A stretch of DNA of 63,180 bases, filler included, from 9 parts of 9 records of this genome joined end to end with filler, not necessarily neighbours in it, one strand, 5' to 3'. Positions 30,600 through 39,377 are shown, counted from the first letter of the whole stretch. Notes: generated from the sequence alone by a model not told the origin. Made by a program: numbers and translations.

Positions 30600-31199
30600 T
30601 TAGAGGGTCTTGCTGATGTTGATGTTCAGTTCCTTGGCTGCTTCCTCGGCCAACGGGGTTACCCGAGCCGCAGGCAGTACCACCAGTTCTTTAGCACCCT
30701 GCGTCGCCGCACCACTGACCACCTTTTCGGTGATCAGTGATTCCCTGAATTTCAGGGACTCGGGCGCCTTGGGTTGAAATCTTTTCATGCCGAAGCCCTG
30801 AAGGGTCTTCTCATGCTGCTGATAAAGAGCGTACAGGGGACCGGGAGCAGTCTGGCTGTAATCTTCATAACCGAAGGAGAGCACTTCCACGGTGTGACCA
30901 AGCAGCATCTGTCTGAGAACCTCGGTCATGATCTTGCCGTGAGCCTTACCCACTGCCAGATCAGACATTTCGCAGACACAAAGCGAAGGCACTATGTAAC
31001 GGCAGAATTCCGCGCAAGAAGCTTCTTCGCCGAAGAAATAGTATTCGTATTCATCGCCAAAGCTGTTGCGCACTTTCTCAGCCACAAGGCAGTCGCGCTC
31101 AGCCAGAACCAGTGCACAAGCCTTCTTCGATTCGGGCTGGAGCTGTTTCAGCACTTCTGTTGCGATGGATTGAACTAATTCATTGATGTCGATGCTCAT
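30600..31199 (-). CDS. BMC-associated hypothetical protein with N-terminal encapsulation-peptide-like helix
   Basis: INELVQSIATEVLKQL amphipathic N-terminus. C-terminal LITEK...VTPLAEEAAKELNI motif typical of Eut/Pdu accessory proteins. Confidence 0.75.
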   Translation of the reverse strand: MSIDINELVQSIATEVLKQLQPESKKACALVLAERDCLVAEKVRNSFGDEYEYYFFGEEASCAEFCRYIVPSLCVCEMSDLAVGKAHGKIMTEVLRQMLLGHTVEVLSFGYEDYSQTAPGPLYALYQQHEKTLQGFGMKRFQPKAPESLKFRESLITEKVVSGAATQGAKELVVLPAARVTPLAEEAAKELNINISKTL

Positions 31200-31234
31200 G
31201 TAAGATGCCTCCGGCGGCTCTCCGAGGGCTTAAA

Positions 31235-31334
31235 NNNNNNNNNNNNNNNNNNNNNNNNNNNNNNNNNNNNNNNNNNNNTTAATTAATTAANNNNNNNNNN
31301 NNNNNNNNNNNNNNNNNNNNNNNNNNNNNNNNNN
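31235..31334. other. Artificial contig spacer
   Basis: N44-TTAATTAATTAA-N44. Confidence 0.99.
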
Positions 31335-31418
31335 CCTACCCGACGGAACGTGGTGACGATCTCAATAGGTTATTATTAGTGCAGGTTGGTATAAGGCTTT
31401 GTTCCCGGCCGGGGCCGT

Positions 31419-32291
31419 TCACCCCAGCCGGCGTTTGATCGTTTCCATCTGGCCGGTGACGAAGGCATAGGCGTGGGTCGCCATGTCCTCGCTGTCGGTC
31501 CACAGTTCGCGCCAGACCGCCAGGCGGGCCGAATGCTGCGGGTTGACGACGGCGGAAGAAAACACCTCGAGCGCGATCGGGCCGTCGTAGTCGATATCCT
31601 TGAGTGCCCTGAAGATGGCAGCGAAATCGATGCTGCCGGTGCCGAGATAACCGCGATAGTTCTCGGCCAGGTGCAGATAGCCGAGCCTGTCCCCGCATTT
31701 GCGCAGGGTTTCGGCCGGGTCGGCCTCCTCGATGTTCATGTGGAAGGTATCGAGGTGAGCATAGACGTTGTCGGCGCCGATGTCGTCGATCAGTCCCAGC
31801 AATTGGGCGCCGGTGTTGGCCAGGTTGTTCTCATAGCGATTGAGCGCCTCCAGGCATAGGACCATGCCCATGCTCTTGGCCCGTTCGGCGACCCGGGCGA
31901 GCGCCGCAACCGCGTTGGCCCGGCCCTTTTCCGAGCGCGCTTCGGTGTGCTTGGCCAAGGATGAATGCTGGCCGCCGACCAGGCGGGTCGAGCCCATGTC
32001 GCGGGCCTTTGATAACGCCTCGAACATCAGGGCGACGCCCTTTTCGACCGTCGCCGCGTCCTCGCTGGCGATGTCGGTTTCCGGCGTGTGCACGAAAGCG
32101 GTCGTGCAGAACAGGCTATTGGCCGCGAGGATCTGCGAGATGGCGTCGGTATCCAGCGTTTCCGGCGCCCGGACCGGGATCTCCAGGAAGTCGTAGCCGA
32201 TGCCGGCCGAGATTTCGGCGGCGCGCTTGACTTCGTCGGCGCTCCAGCCGCCGGACCAGATCTGGATATGGGTGCCAAGGGGGTTGTTCAT
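31419..32291 (-). CDS. Sugar isomerase/epimerase, D-tagatose/D-psicose 3-epimerase family (TIM barrel)
   Basis: LEALNRYE, HLDTFHMNIEE, GYLHLAEN.RG..GTG, ALEVF metal and catalytic motifs. Confidence 0.88.
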   Translation of the reverse strand: MNNPLGTHIQIWSGGWSADEVKRAAEISAGIGYDFLEIPVRAPETLDTDAISQILAANSLFCTTAFVHTPETDIASEDAATVEKGVALMFEALSKARDMGSTRLVGGQHSSLAKHTEARSEKGRANAVAALARVAERAKSMGMVLCLEALNRYENNLANTGAQLLGLIDDIGADNVYAHLDTFHMNIEEADPAETLRKCGDRLGYLHLAENYRGYLGTGSIDFAAIFRALKDIDYDGPIALEVFSSAVVNPQHSARLAVWRELWTDSEDMATHAYAFVTGQMETIKRRLG

Positions 32292-32344
32292 GCGTTTTCT
32301 CCAGTTGCGCCGTCGCGGTATCGGACGATAGGCGAGGGGGTATC

Positions 32345-32396
32345 AAAAAAAAAGGGTGTCCGGGCGGCGCTCCCCCCCGTGAGTGGCGCCGCCCGG
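32345..32396 (-). terminator. Terminator-like hairpin between the isomerase-like gene and the epimerase
   Basis: 11-bp stem CCGGGCGGCGC/GCGCCGCCCGG, then a T9 run 6 nt downstream on the minus strand. Confidence 0.5.
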
Positions 32397-32407
32397 CAGG
32401 CGCACAA

Positions 32408-33943
32408 TCAAGCGGCGCCGTTATGTTCTCCGTAGATTCGGACTTTGAAGCCCAGTTCGCGGCTGAGCGCCACCATCTCGCCGAAGACGTCGCCGTAACA
32501 AAGGGCGATGTGGTTGCTCATGTAATTGGCCATGATGACGTCGCGCTCGACGCCCAGCCAGGCGGTGATCAGCGGCCATTGCGGCGTCGCGCCCTGCCAC
32601 CATTCGCTGCGCTTCGGTTCCGGGATGTCGACGATCTCACCGCGGCCGATGTCCATCCACAGCTCGCCGCCGGCAACGAAGGTCCGCGCCCAGGTGATAG
32701 CGCCGGGCAGGCCGTAACCGGCGAAGGTGCCGCCGGGGATCGGGAACTTGCGGCGGATCTGCCGATAGCTGTGAACGCCTTCAAGCGAGTCCGGATCGTG
32801 GTTATAGGCGAACGCGCCGCCGTTGCCGGAATTGCACAGCATCCACACCGTACGGCCTTCGTGTTCGCCGCCCCAGCGGGTGTCGTGCATGAAAACGGCA
32901 TGGTGCAGGCCCTTCGCCTTGAGAAGGCGTTTCAGCAGTTCGGCCGGCAGCACGTTGCCCTGATCGCCCTCGGTGGCGCACGGGATGGTCTCGCCATTGG
33001 TCTCGGGCCGGCAGGCCGTGTTCAAAAGCCCCTCGGCGAAGTCCGAAGCCGGCCGCAGCTTGAGCAGCCCGATCTGGAACTGCCAGCCGATGCAGTCGGC
33101 CTTGAACTCGTCTGCCAGGTCGGTAACGACCAGATAGTCGCGCAACTGTTCACGGGTGTGTTCGGGGCCGAAGTCGGCGCTGTCGGATTCGGCCTCGCCC
33201 CAGTGGAAGGTAACACCCTTCGATTTGACGAACTCGAAGGCATCGTCGATGCGCTTTTCCGAGATGCCGGGGCCGCGTTCGAGAATCCAGGCCTGATCGA
33301 CCTTGTGTTCGGTAAAACCGTGACGGGTCAGCAGACGCGGCCCGAAATAGGAATTGATCATGCCCTGTGAAGTGTCGCCCAGCATCATCATCATGATCCG
33401 TCGTTTGCGGATATCGGCGGCGACGGACTCGGCGATTTTGATGTTCTCGGCCGTCAACGGCGCGGCCGCCGAGATGCCGCCGAAGTCATAGTGGATTCTT
33501 CCCGTCGTGCACCATTCCTCGAGGCGCTCCATGAAAATCGGATCGGCCGACCAGTCCTCGGCGTCGGTCCAGATGCGGCTATGGTCGCGTTCCACCGCGG
33601 CCAGGCAGGCGCTGGTATTCAGCGTCCCGACCAGGCCCGGCCACTGGCGCTTGTAGTTGCTGGCCAGCAGCAGCGGGTTGTCCTTGCCGACCGTGCCGTC
33701 GACCGTGTGGCTGCCCCAGACCCAGTGGCAATGAACCCCGATCATCGGATCGTCGACCGGGCCCAGCTTTTCGATGCTCTTGTGCGGCCGGTCGATGAAA
33801 CCGTCGATCCGGTAGGGCGCAAAACCCAGGGTTTTCAGAGCCTTTTCCAGCTGTTGGGTCGATTCCTCGGCCTGCGGACGGGCCAACTCGTTGGGCGTCT
33901 CGACGTATTCGCCGGGCCAGTAAATGGCGACCTTCTTTTTCAT
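32408..33943 (-). CDS. L-fucose isomerase-like protein (homolog of 22045-23550)
   Basis: Colinear with the contig D protein. CATEGD, MHDTR, NSG, TPQWP, SNH motifs. ATG 33943 has a GGGAG RBS. Confidence 0.8.
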   Translation of the reverse strand: MKKKVAIYWPGEYVETPNELARPQAEESTQQLEKALKTLGFAPYRIDGFIDRPHKSIEKLGPVDDPMIGVHCHWVWGSHTVDGTVGKDNPLLLASNYKRQWPGLVGTLNTSACLAAVERDHSRIWTDAEDWSADPIFMERLEEWCTTGRIHYDFGGISAAAPLTAENIKIAESVAADIRKRRIMMMMLGDTSQGMINSYFGPRLLTRHGFTEHKVDQAWILERGPGISEKRIDDAFEFVKSKGVTFHWGEAESDSADFGPEHTREQLRDYLVVTDLADEFKADCIGWQFQIGLLKLRPASDFAEGLLNTACRPETNGETIPCATEGDQGNVLPAELLKRLLKAKGLHHAVFMHDTRWGGEHEGRTVWMLCNSGNGGAFAYNHDPDSLEGVHSYRQIRRKFPIPGGTFAGYGLPGAITWARTFVAGGELWMDIGRGEIVDIPEPKRSEWWQGATPQWPLITAWLGVERDVIMANYMSNHIALCYGDVFGEMVALSRELGFKVRIYGEHNGAA

Positions 33944-34086
33944 CAGCTCTCCCTTTCTTCGGTCCTGGACGTTGTCCTGTTTGCCGGGCAGGACAACCCG
34001 CCAATCGGGCCGGTTTTTCCCTTCGCTCCCGTCGCGCACGGCGCCGTCAAGCCTGTTCTCGGTGGGCAAACGGCTGCTGCGGGCGA

Positions 34087-34108
34087 AAAATTTGATCGAT
34101 CTAAATTT
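34087..34108. promoter_or_regulatory. Candidate LacI-type operator AAAATTTGATCGATCTAAATTT
   Basis: Imperfect palindrome centred on CG in an AT-rich island about 150 bp upstream of the isomerase-like gene. A related AGATCGATTG lies at 34114-34123. Confidence 0.45.
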
Positions 34109-34215
34109 AACCCAGATCGATTGTCATTTAAACAGCGCAATTTACGGGAATCGGAGAAAGGTCCGAAAAAATCGGTCGGGAAGGGCGGGATGAAAGCGTC
34201 TGGGGATAGCGCCGG

Positions 34216-34578
34216 TCAATCGAGGAAGATGTCGAAATCACCGGCGATGCCGGGGGCATCGACGTCGACGATCGCTTCCGGAAAGGCCGACCGCAGTTTT
34301 TCCAGGGCAACGTCCGTGCGACCGCCGGTCGGCAGGCGAAGCCTGAACACGTCCATTTTCAGGCCTTCGAACCGGGTCAGCGAGACGACCGTGAAACCAA
34401 GGCGTGAAATTCCCGTATCGAATTTGCCGGTGGCCGGCGAACTGTCGATACTGAACAGCAGGTGGACCGGTTCGCTGGCCATGGATGTGCCGGGGGCGCT
34501 CCAGGCGGAAAACAGAAGGATAAGAGTGAACGTAAAAACTGCCTTGGCGATTCTCATATTGCGACGCATTCTGAACAT
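34216..34578 (-). CDS. Small secreted hypothetical protein
   Basis: Basic N-terminus, hydrophobic signal-like stretch (AVFTFTLILLFSAW), then a domain of about 80 aa. Start uncertain (34578 or 34557). Confidence 0.55.
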   Translation of the reverse strand: MFRMRRNMRIAKAVFTFTLILLFSAWSAPGTSMASEPVHLLFSIDSSPATGKFDTGISRLGFTVVSLTRFEGLKMDVFRLRLPTGGRTDVALEKLRSAFPEAIVDVDAPGIAGDFDIFLD

Positions 34579-34839
34579 CCTTTTGCCTCTATATCGGGTT
34601 TCAAGGGGTGTTCTGGTGGTTTTGGCGGCGGTTTCCCCTATGTGAAGGCTTCCGTGCAGGATATTGCAACCTCGGTGCCAACCGGCGGGCACGCCGGCAA
34701 CGGACCGAAGGGCGACTATTCCAGGATAAAAAACCAGTTTGGTGCGTATGTGTTTTCTCGCGGGCGGCGGACCGCGGACGCGGGCAGGAACCTGGAGGAG
34801 GGGAAATCGTGGAACCGTTCAGGAACCTGTTCAACAGGC

Positions 34840-35163
34840 GACATCGATGTGACGACGCCCACCGTCAAGCTGGGCGGCGCGCTGGAATTCGGGATTGCGG
34901 TGGCGTCAACCGGCGATAGGGATCAGCCGCTGATCCTCGATTACGCGGTTCATCATCGCAAGGCCAACGGCACGGCGGCGCCGAAGGTCTTCAAGTGGAA
35001 GACCCTGACGCTTGCCGCCGGCGACGTCCTGAATCTCAAACGCCGCCATCCGATGCGGCCGGCAACGACCCGCGTCTATTACGCGGGTCTTCACCATGTC
35101 GAGGTGCCGATCAACGGCCGTGCCGTGACGTGGGCCGATTTCGATCTGGATACCGGGTCCTAG
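34840..35163 (+). pseudogene. C-terminal fragment of DNA alkylation repair (AlkD/YhaZ-like) protein
   Basis: LILDYAVHHRKANG...KVFKWK...RHPMRPATTRVYYAG.H.VEV.ING matches the C-terminal domain. The N-terminal HEAT-like part is not visible upstream. Confidence 0.65.
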
Positions 35164-36272
35164 GCGAGGATTTCCTCGATCCCGGCGTCCGAAATGCCGA
35201 CCTGGGTTGCTGTGCCGAGCAGGATCTTCCAGGCGCCTGCGGCGATCGGGATGCCGTTGGCCAGGCGGTCCTGGCGCTTCAGACGCTCGGGCTCGCCCGG
35301 AACCATGACGCGGCCGCCTTCGGTTTCCGGCTTCGAGCCGGCGAAAAAATCGGTGTAGCCGCGGATTTCCTCGGCAAACGCGTTGCCGTGTCCAAACGCC
35401 TCCAGGTCCATGAAGATGGCCAGCAAGTTGTTCGAATACTTGCGCGGCAACGGCCCGGCGCAGCCGGCACCGGTCAGCGCGCCGGCCATGATCTCGCAGA
35501 TGAAGGAAAGGCCCGATCCCTTGTGATCGCCCAAGGCCCGCAAGGCACCGGGGCCGTCCATCGGGTTGGCCACCTTGCCCGGCGGCACTTTGCCGTAAAG
35601 CGTTTCGGGATCGTTGGTCCGTGTGCCGTCGGGTTCGATCAGCACGTCCGGCGGCAGGGTCTTGCCGCCCTGCAGGGCGACCAGGGCCTTGCCTTCGGCA
35701 ACCGCCGAGGTTGCGAAGTCGAGGATGATCGGATCGGATCCGGCGACCGGCACGCCGACGCAATAGGGCGCTGTCGACATGCGCCTATCGACGCCGCCGA
35801 AGGGCGCGACCAGAAGGCTGGCCCGGACATTGACGTAACCCATGAAGATGACGTTCTGGGCAACGGTCATTTCGGCCCAGGTGCCGATCCGTCCCATGTG
35901 TCCCGAGTTCTTCAGCCCGACGACGGCAAGCCCGTGTTTTTTCGCCCGTTCGATTCCAAGCTCGGTCGCCTGCCTGGCGATGACCTGGCCGAAACCGAAG
36001 TTGCCTTCGGTCATGATGATGTTTCCGGAATCCTTTTCGATGGTCAACTGGCGCCCGGGGAAAACCCGATCGCCGATCCACGAGACATATCGGTTGGCCC
36101 GGATGACGCCGTGGCTGTCGTGGCCGGTCAGGTTGCCGTCGAGAAGGTAGTGGGCGATCTGGCCGGCTTCTTCCGCTTCGCAGCCGGCATTCACGAAAAT
36201 CGCCGCGATCAGGCGCTCCAGCGCCCCGGCATCGACGATATATTGGCCGTTTTCTTGTCTAACCGATGGCAT
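35160..36272 (-). CDS. Ldh_2 family (malate/lactate/ureidoglycolate-type) oxidoreductase
   Basis: GHDSHG, FGFGQ, SGHMGRIG, VAPFGG, LDFATSAVAEGK, HKGSGL, VMVPGEPE. Confidence 0.92.
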   Translation of the reverse strand: MPSVRQENGQYIVDAGALERLIAAIFVNAGCEAEEAGQIAHYLLDGNLTGHDSHGVIRANRYVSWIGDRVFPGRQLTIEKDSGNIIMTEGNFGFGQVIARQATELGIERAKKHGLAVVGLKNSGHMGRIGTWAEMTVAQNVIFMGYVNVRASLLVAPFGGVDRRMSTAPYCVGVPVAGSDPIILDFATSAVAEGKALVALQGGKTLPPDVLIEPDGTRTNDPETLYGKVPPGKVANPMDGPGALRALGDHKGSGLSFICEIMAGALTGAGCAGPLPRKYSNNLLAIFMDLEAFGHGNAFAEEIRGYTDFFAGSKPETEGGRVMVPGEPERLKRQDRLANGIPIAAGAWKILLGTATQVGISDAGIEEILA

Positions 36273-36471
36273 TTCCTGACTCCCATGTTTTTTTTGTTGC
36301 CCGGATTGGGCGTGCTGTCGCTAGTCGTCGTCGACCGGAATTCCGGCGGCCACCAGGGCCTGGCGACGTTTGTAATCCCGATGGAAGGAATAATCTATTG
36401 CCGATATGGTTGCGACCATCGGCGCGTTCCGACCTTTTTCAAGTTTGATCGCATTCGTTGTGTGGGCGTTT

Positions 36472-36571
36472 NNNNNNNNNNNNNNNNNNNNNNNNNNNNN
36501 NNNNNNNNNNNNNNNTTAATTAATTAANNNNNNNNNNNNNNNNNNNNNNNNNNNNNNNNNNNNNNNNNNNN
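36472..36571. other. Artificial contig spacer
   Basis: N44-TTAATTAATTAA-N44. Confidence 0.99.
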
Positions 36572-37044
36572 CCCCAAAAAAGAGCATGCACATCCAAATG
36601 TCCTCCCTCGGGCAAAAAAACGGCTCCGTCAAAACATTGCGGTGAAAGTACTGGAACCCGTCTTAAAACTTCCTCCACAGACAGTTCCTGAAGAACCGCA
36701 CCGGTTTCCTTGAATGAAGGAATCATCTGCCTTATGTCATTCCATTGCTCGCCCTTAAAAGTCTGTAATATTCCATTTTTCTGCAATAACGGAGTATCGG
36801 AAAATCCTTCCGGCGGATTACGTATGAACATTCCCCCCAAAACTGTCAGTTCCTGGATCGAAAACGTGAAGTCGAATTCCATCAACGCCGTGGCCGATCT
36901 GCCTGTGGCGTGATAACCGGCTTGGTCTTCCTGTTCCAATATCAGTATGTCCTTGACGCCCTGCTCCGTCAGAAAATAGGCCAGGGATGCGCCGGCAATA
37001 CCGCACCCGATGATAATGACATCGTAATTCTTATTTATGACCAC
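36572..37044 (-). CDS. FAD-dependent oxidoreductase (DAO family), 3' truncated
   Basis: IIGCGIAGASLA, ILEQE, GYHATGRS. Runs into the spacer. Confidence 0.85.
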
Positions 37045-37242
37045 GTTTTATTCTCCATGCCGTTAATAATCGCTTCCTTATACTAACCTGATACAGCACG
37101 ACATATACAGAAAAAACCGGATAAAAGACTCGGAGACGCAATTAAATCATAGTTATGGCCTCTAACGCCGCCGGCGTCTTCAAATTTATAATATAAAACA
37201 TCCCCAATATTCAGTTCGCCCTTTCATTTCATATTAAATACC

Positions 37243-37271
37243 TTGACAGCTTACTTACTAGTAGGTAAAAT
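37243..37271 (+). promoter_or_regulatory. Sigma70 promoter overlapped by a TetR operator palindrome
   Basis: TTGACA (37243-48), 17-nt spacer, TAAAAT (37266-71). 18-bp palindrome TTACTTACTAGTAGGTAA (37251-68) with one mismatch. Confidence 0.8.
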
Positions 37272-37290
37272 TAGTTCCTGCGAGGATAAA

Positions 37291-37860
37291 ATGATAACTA
37301 AAGACACTAAAAACCAAATACTCGATCTGGCCGAAAAACTGATAATGAGCCGGGGTTACAACGGCTTCAGTTATAAGGACATTTCAACCGCTCTCAATAT
37401 TAAAAACGCGGCGATTCATTACCACTTTCCATCAAAAAAGGATCTGGGCCTCGCCGTCATTCAGCGGACAAAAGATTATTACCTGGAATGGGCCCGGATT
37501 GTAGCAGTGGATCAAATTCCCCATTTAGAAGTGTTGGATCAATTTTTTGCCATCTATCAGCATTATATGGAATCAGATCACAACATTTGCCTGGGGGGCG
37601 CCCTTGAAACTGATTTTTACACACTGCCGGAAGAAATGCAGCAGGCCGTTCAAGACTATGTAGCCGAGCTTATCCAATGGATGGAGGAATTTCTTTCAGA
37701 AGGAAGAAAACAAGGCGTCTTTTCATTCAGAGGATCCCCTGAAAGCAAGGCATTGTTAATCTTATCCAGTTTACAGGGGGTTGTTCAAATGGCCAGGGTG
37801 CACGATGAAGACCTGTTTCATCTGGTTGTAAGCCAAATAAAGGAAAACCTGGGGCTGTAA
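37291..37860 (+). CDS. TetR/AcrR family transcriptional regulator
   Basis: GYNGFSYKDIS...AAIHYHFPSK HTH. GAGGA RBS precedes ATG 37291. Confidence 0.94.
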   Translation: MITKDTKNQILDLAEKLIMSRGYNGFSYKDISTALNIKNAAIHYHFPSKKDLGLAVIQRTKDYYLEWARIVAVDQIPHLEVLDQFFAIYQHYMESDHNICLGGALETDFYTLPEEMQQAVQDYVAELIQWMEEFLSEGRKQGVFSFRGSPESKALLILSSLQGVVQMARVHDEDLFHLVVSQIKENLGL

Positions 37861-37879
37861 TTTTTTAAAGGAGTGCATT

Positions 37880-38728
37880 ATGAGTTACAATTCGCCTGTA
37901 ACGGATTTAATCCAGAAAAGAAGGTCCTGGCGGAGTTATGGGGACCAGGCGATTGAGTCTGAAAAAAGGGAAAGACTGATAGAATTATTTAATAATTTTG
38001 AAACTCCATTCTGGGGCAACATACCAAGGTTTGATTTGGTTGATGTGGGCGTTCCCGGAAAGGGGCGTATGCCAGGGACATACGGCGTGATCAAAGGGGC
38101 TGGAACATTTCTGGTAGGGGCCATGAAACGCGGTCGGCGCGATATGGAAGACTTTGGATATCTTTTTGAAAAAATCATTCTACTTGCCGTCGAACTGAAC
38201 TTGGCAACCTGCTGGATCGGACTGACTTTCGCCCGAGGGCCCTTGGCGGAAAAAATCAATCTTCAGCCTGATGAAACCATCCCGGCGGTCAGTCCCCTGG
38301 GCTACCCGGCCAAAAGCCGCGCCATGCTGGATAAAATAACCAGGGCAAGTGTGGGCGCGACAAAGAGAAAGCCCTGGAAAGACATCTTTTTTGATACTTC
38401 CTGGGATGCGCCATTGGATAAGCACGCTGCCGGCGTCTATGAAATTCCCCTTGAAATGTTAAGGTTGGCCCCGTCTGCCACCAACAATCAGCCCTGGAGA
38501 ATAATAAAACAAGACGGGGCCTGGCATTTCTTTCTTCAGCGCACTCCCGGCTATTCCAAAATGACCAGTTCGGCTGACCTTCAGCGCATCGATATGGGTA
38601 TTGCCATGTGCCATTTTGAACTGGCCGCCAAGGAACGATCCATCGGCGGAAACTGGGCCGACACAAATACAGTGGTCGAACCAATGCCCAAACGTTGTGA
38701 ATATATTGTCAGTTGGGTGGAAGGTTGA
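37880..38728 (+). CDS. Nitroreductase family protein (tandem-domain type)
   Basis: RRSWRSY, GTYGVIKGA, LATCWIG, LAPSATNNQPW, IDMGIAMCHF. Confidence 0.9.
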   Translation: MSYNSPVTDLIQKRRSWRSYGDQAIESEKRERLIELFNNFETPFWGNIPRFDLVDVGVPGKGRMPGTYGVIKGAGTFLVGAMKRGRRDMEDFGYLFEKIILLAVELNLATCWIGLTFARGPLAEKINLQPDETIPAVSPLGYPAKSRAMLDKITRASVGATKRKPWKDIFFDTSWDAPLDKHAAGVYEIPLEMLRLAPSATNNQPWRIIKQDGAWHFFLQRTPGYSKMTSSADLQRIDMGIAMCHFELAAKERSIGGNWADTNTVVEPMPKRCEYIVSWVEG

Positions 38729-39067
38729 CATAGGGATAGTTTATAAAACCTTTTTACGGGTAAGCAGAGGATGCAAAGTCTTCCTGGTTGAGTGATTCAA
38801 GAACTGATATTTTAAAGGATAAACAATTTTATTGAAAAGCGACAATTGGGTCGAATCCCAAATTTCATACAGCATTAGGGGGAATTGCTGAATGTTGTTG
38901 AACCGGCATATAGCCGCGCATCCTATAGGCGCGAATCCGATGAAATACTAAATCTCTCACCAGCAATGACCGTTTCCAAAACCTTTTGAAGGTATAAGGC
39001 TGCTCATTTCACTCTTCTTTAGTGTTTTACCTTCAAGGTCGCCTCAGACTTTCAAAATTAAAGAATG

Positions 39068-39192
39068 TGACTAAATATCGGCTATTACATGACTAAATAT
39101 CGACCGGGCAATGGGGTTGTCCCTCCTTTGCGGTAAATATCTAATAAATATCAATCCCTTAAAAAATAATGCATATTGGCGTCAATATTGCT
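39068..39192 (+). promoter_or_regulatory. Sigma54 promoter with IHF site and upstream direct repeats
   Basis: TGACTAAATATCG twice (39068, 39090), IHF consensus TATCAATCCCTTA (39149-61), TGGCGTCAATATTGCT (39177-92, GG-N10-GC). Confidence 0.75.
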
Positions 39193-39377
39193 ATTATACA
39201 TTGTCGATTCATTCAGTCATCTCAAAATAGAATTCACCAGGGGCGCCGGAGCGTCCTCGGGCGTCGGCGCTGGCTATGCGTCAAGGTCTGCTGCGTTTAT
39301 CCTGGAAATATTAAAACCAATATCGATCGCAATGCACGACTCTGATAAATATTAACCAAATTCAAGGAGAATGCTAC

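Noticed and set aside
1495..31199. Functional link between MttB (methylamine) and the choline-type BMC locus
   Set aside because: Different contigs with different composition, almost certainly different organisms.
32408..36272. Ldh_2 oxidoreductase as part of the isomerase-epimerase pathway
   Set aside because: Separated by an unrelated ORF, an opposite-strand remnant and a separate promoter region. Linkage cannot be supported from this sequence alone.
36321..36471. Open minus-strand frame ending ...QALVAAGIPVDDD* at the contig edge
   Set aside because: Could be a gene tail, but it is only about 50 codons with no recognisable motif.
38729..39067. Hidden gene or ncRNA in the AT-rich gap after the nitroreductase
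   Set aside because: Only short frames with stops were found on inspection, and no recognisable RNA motif.
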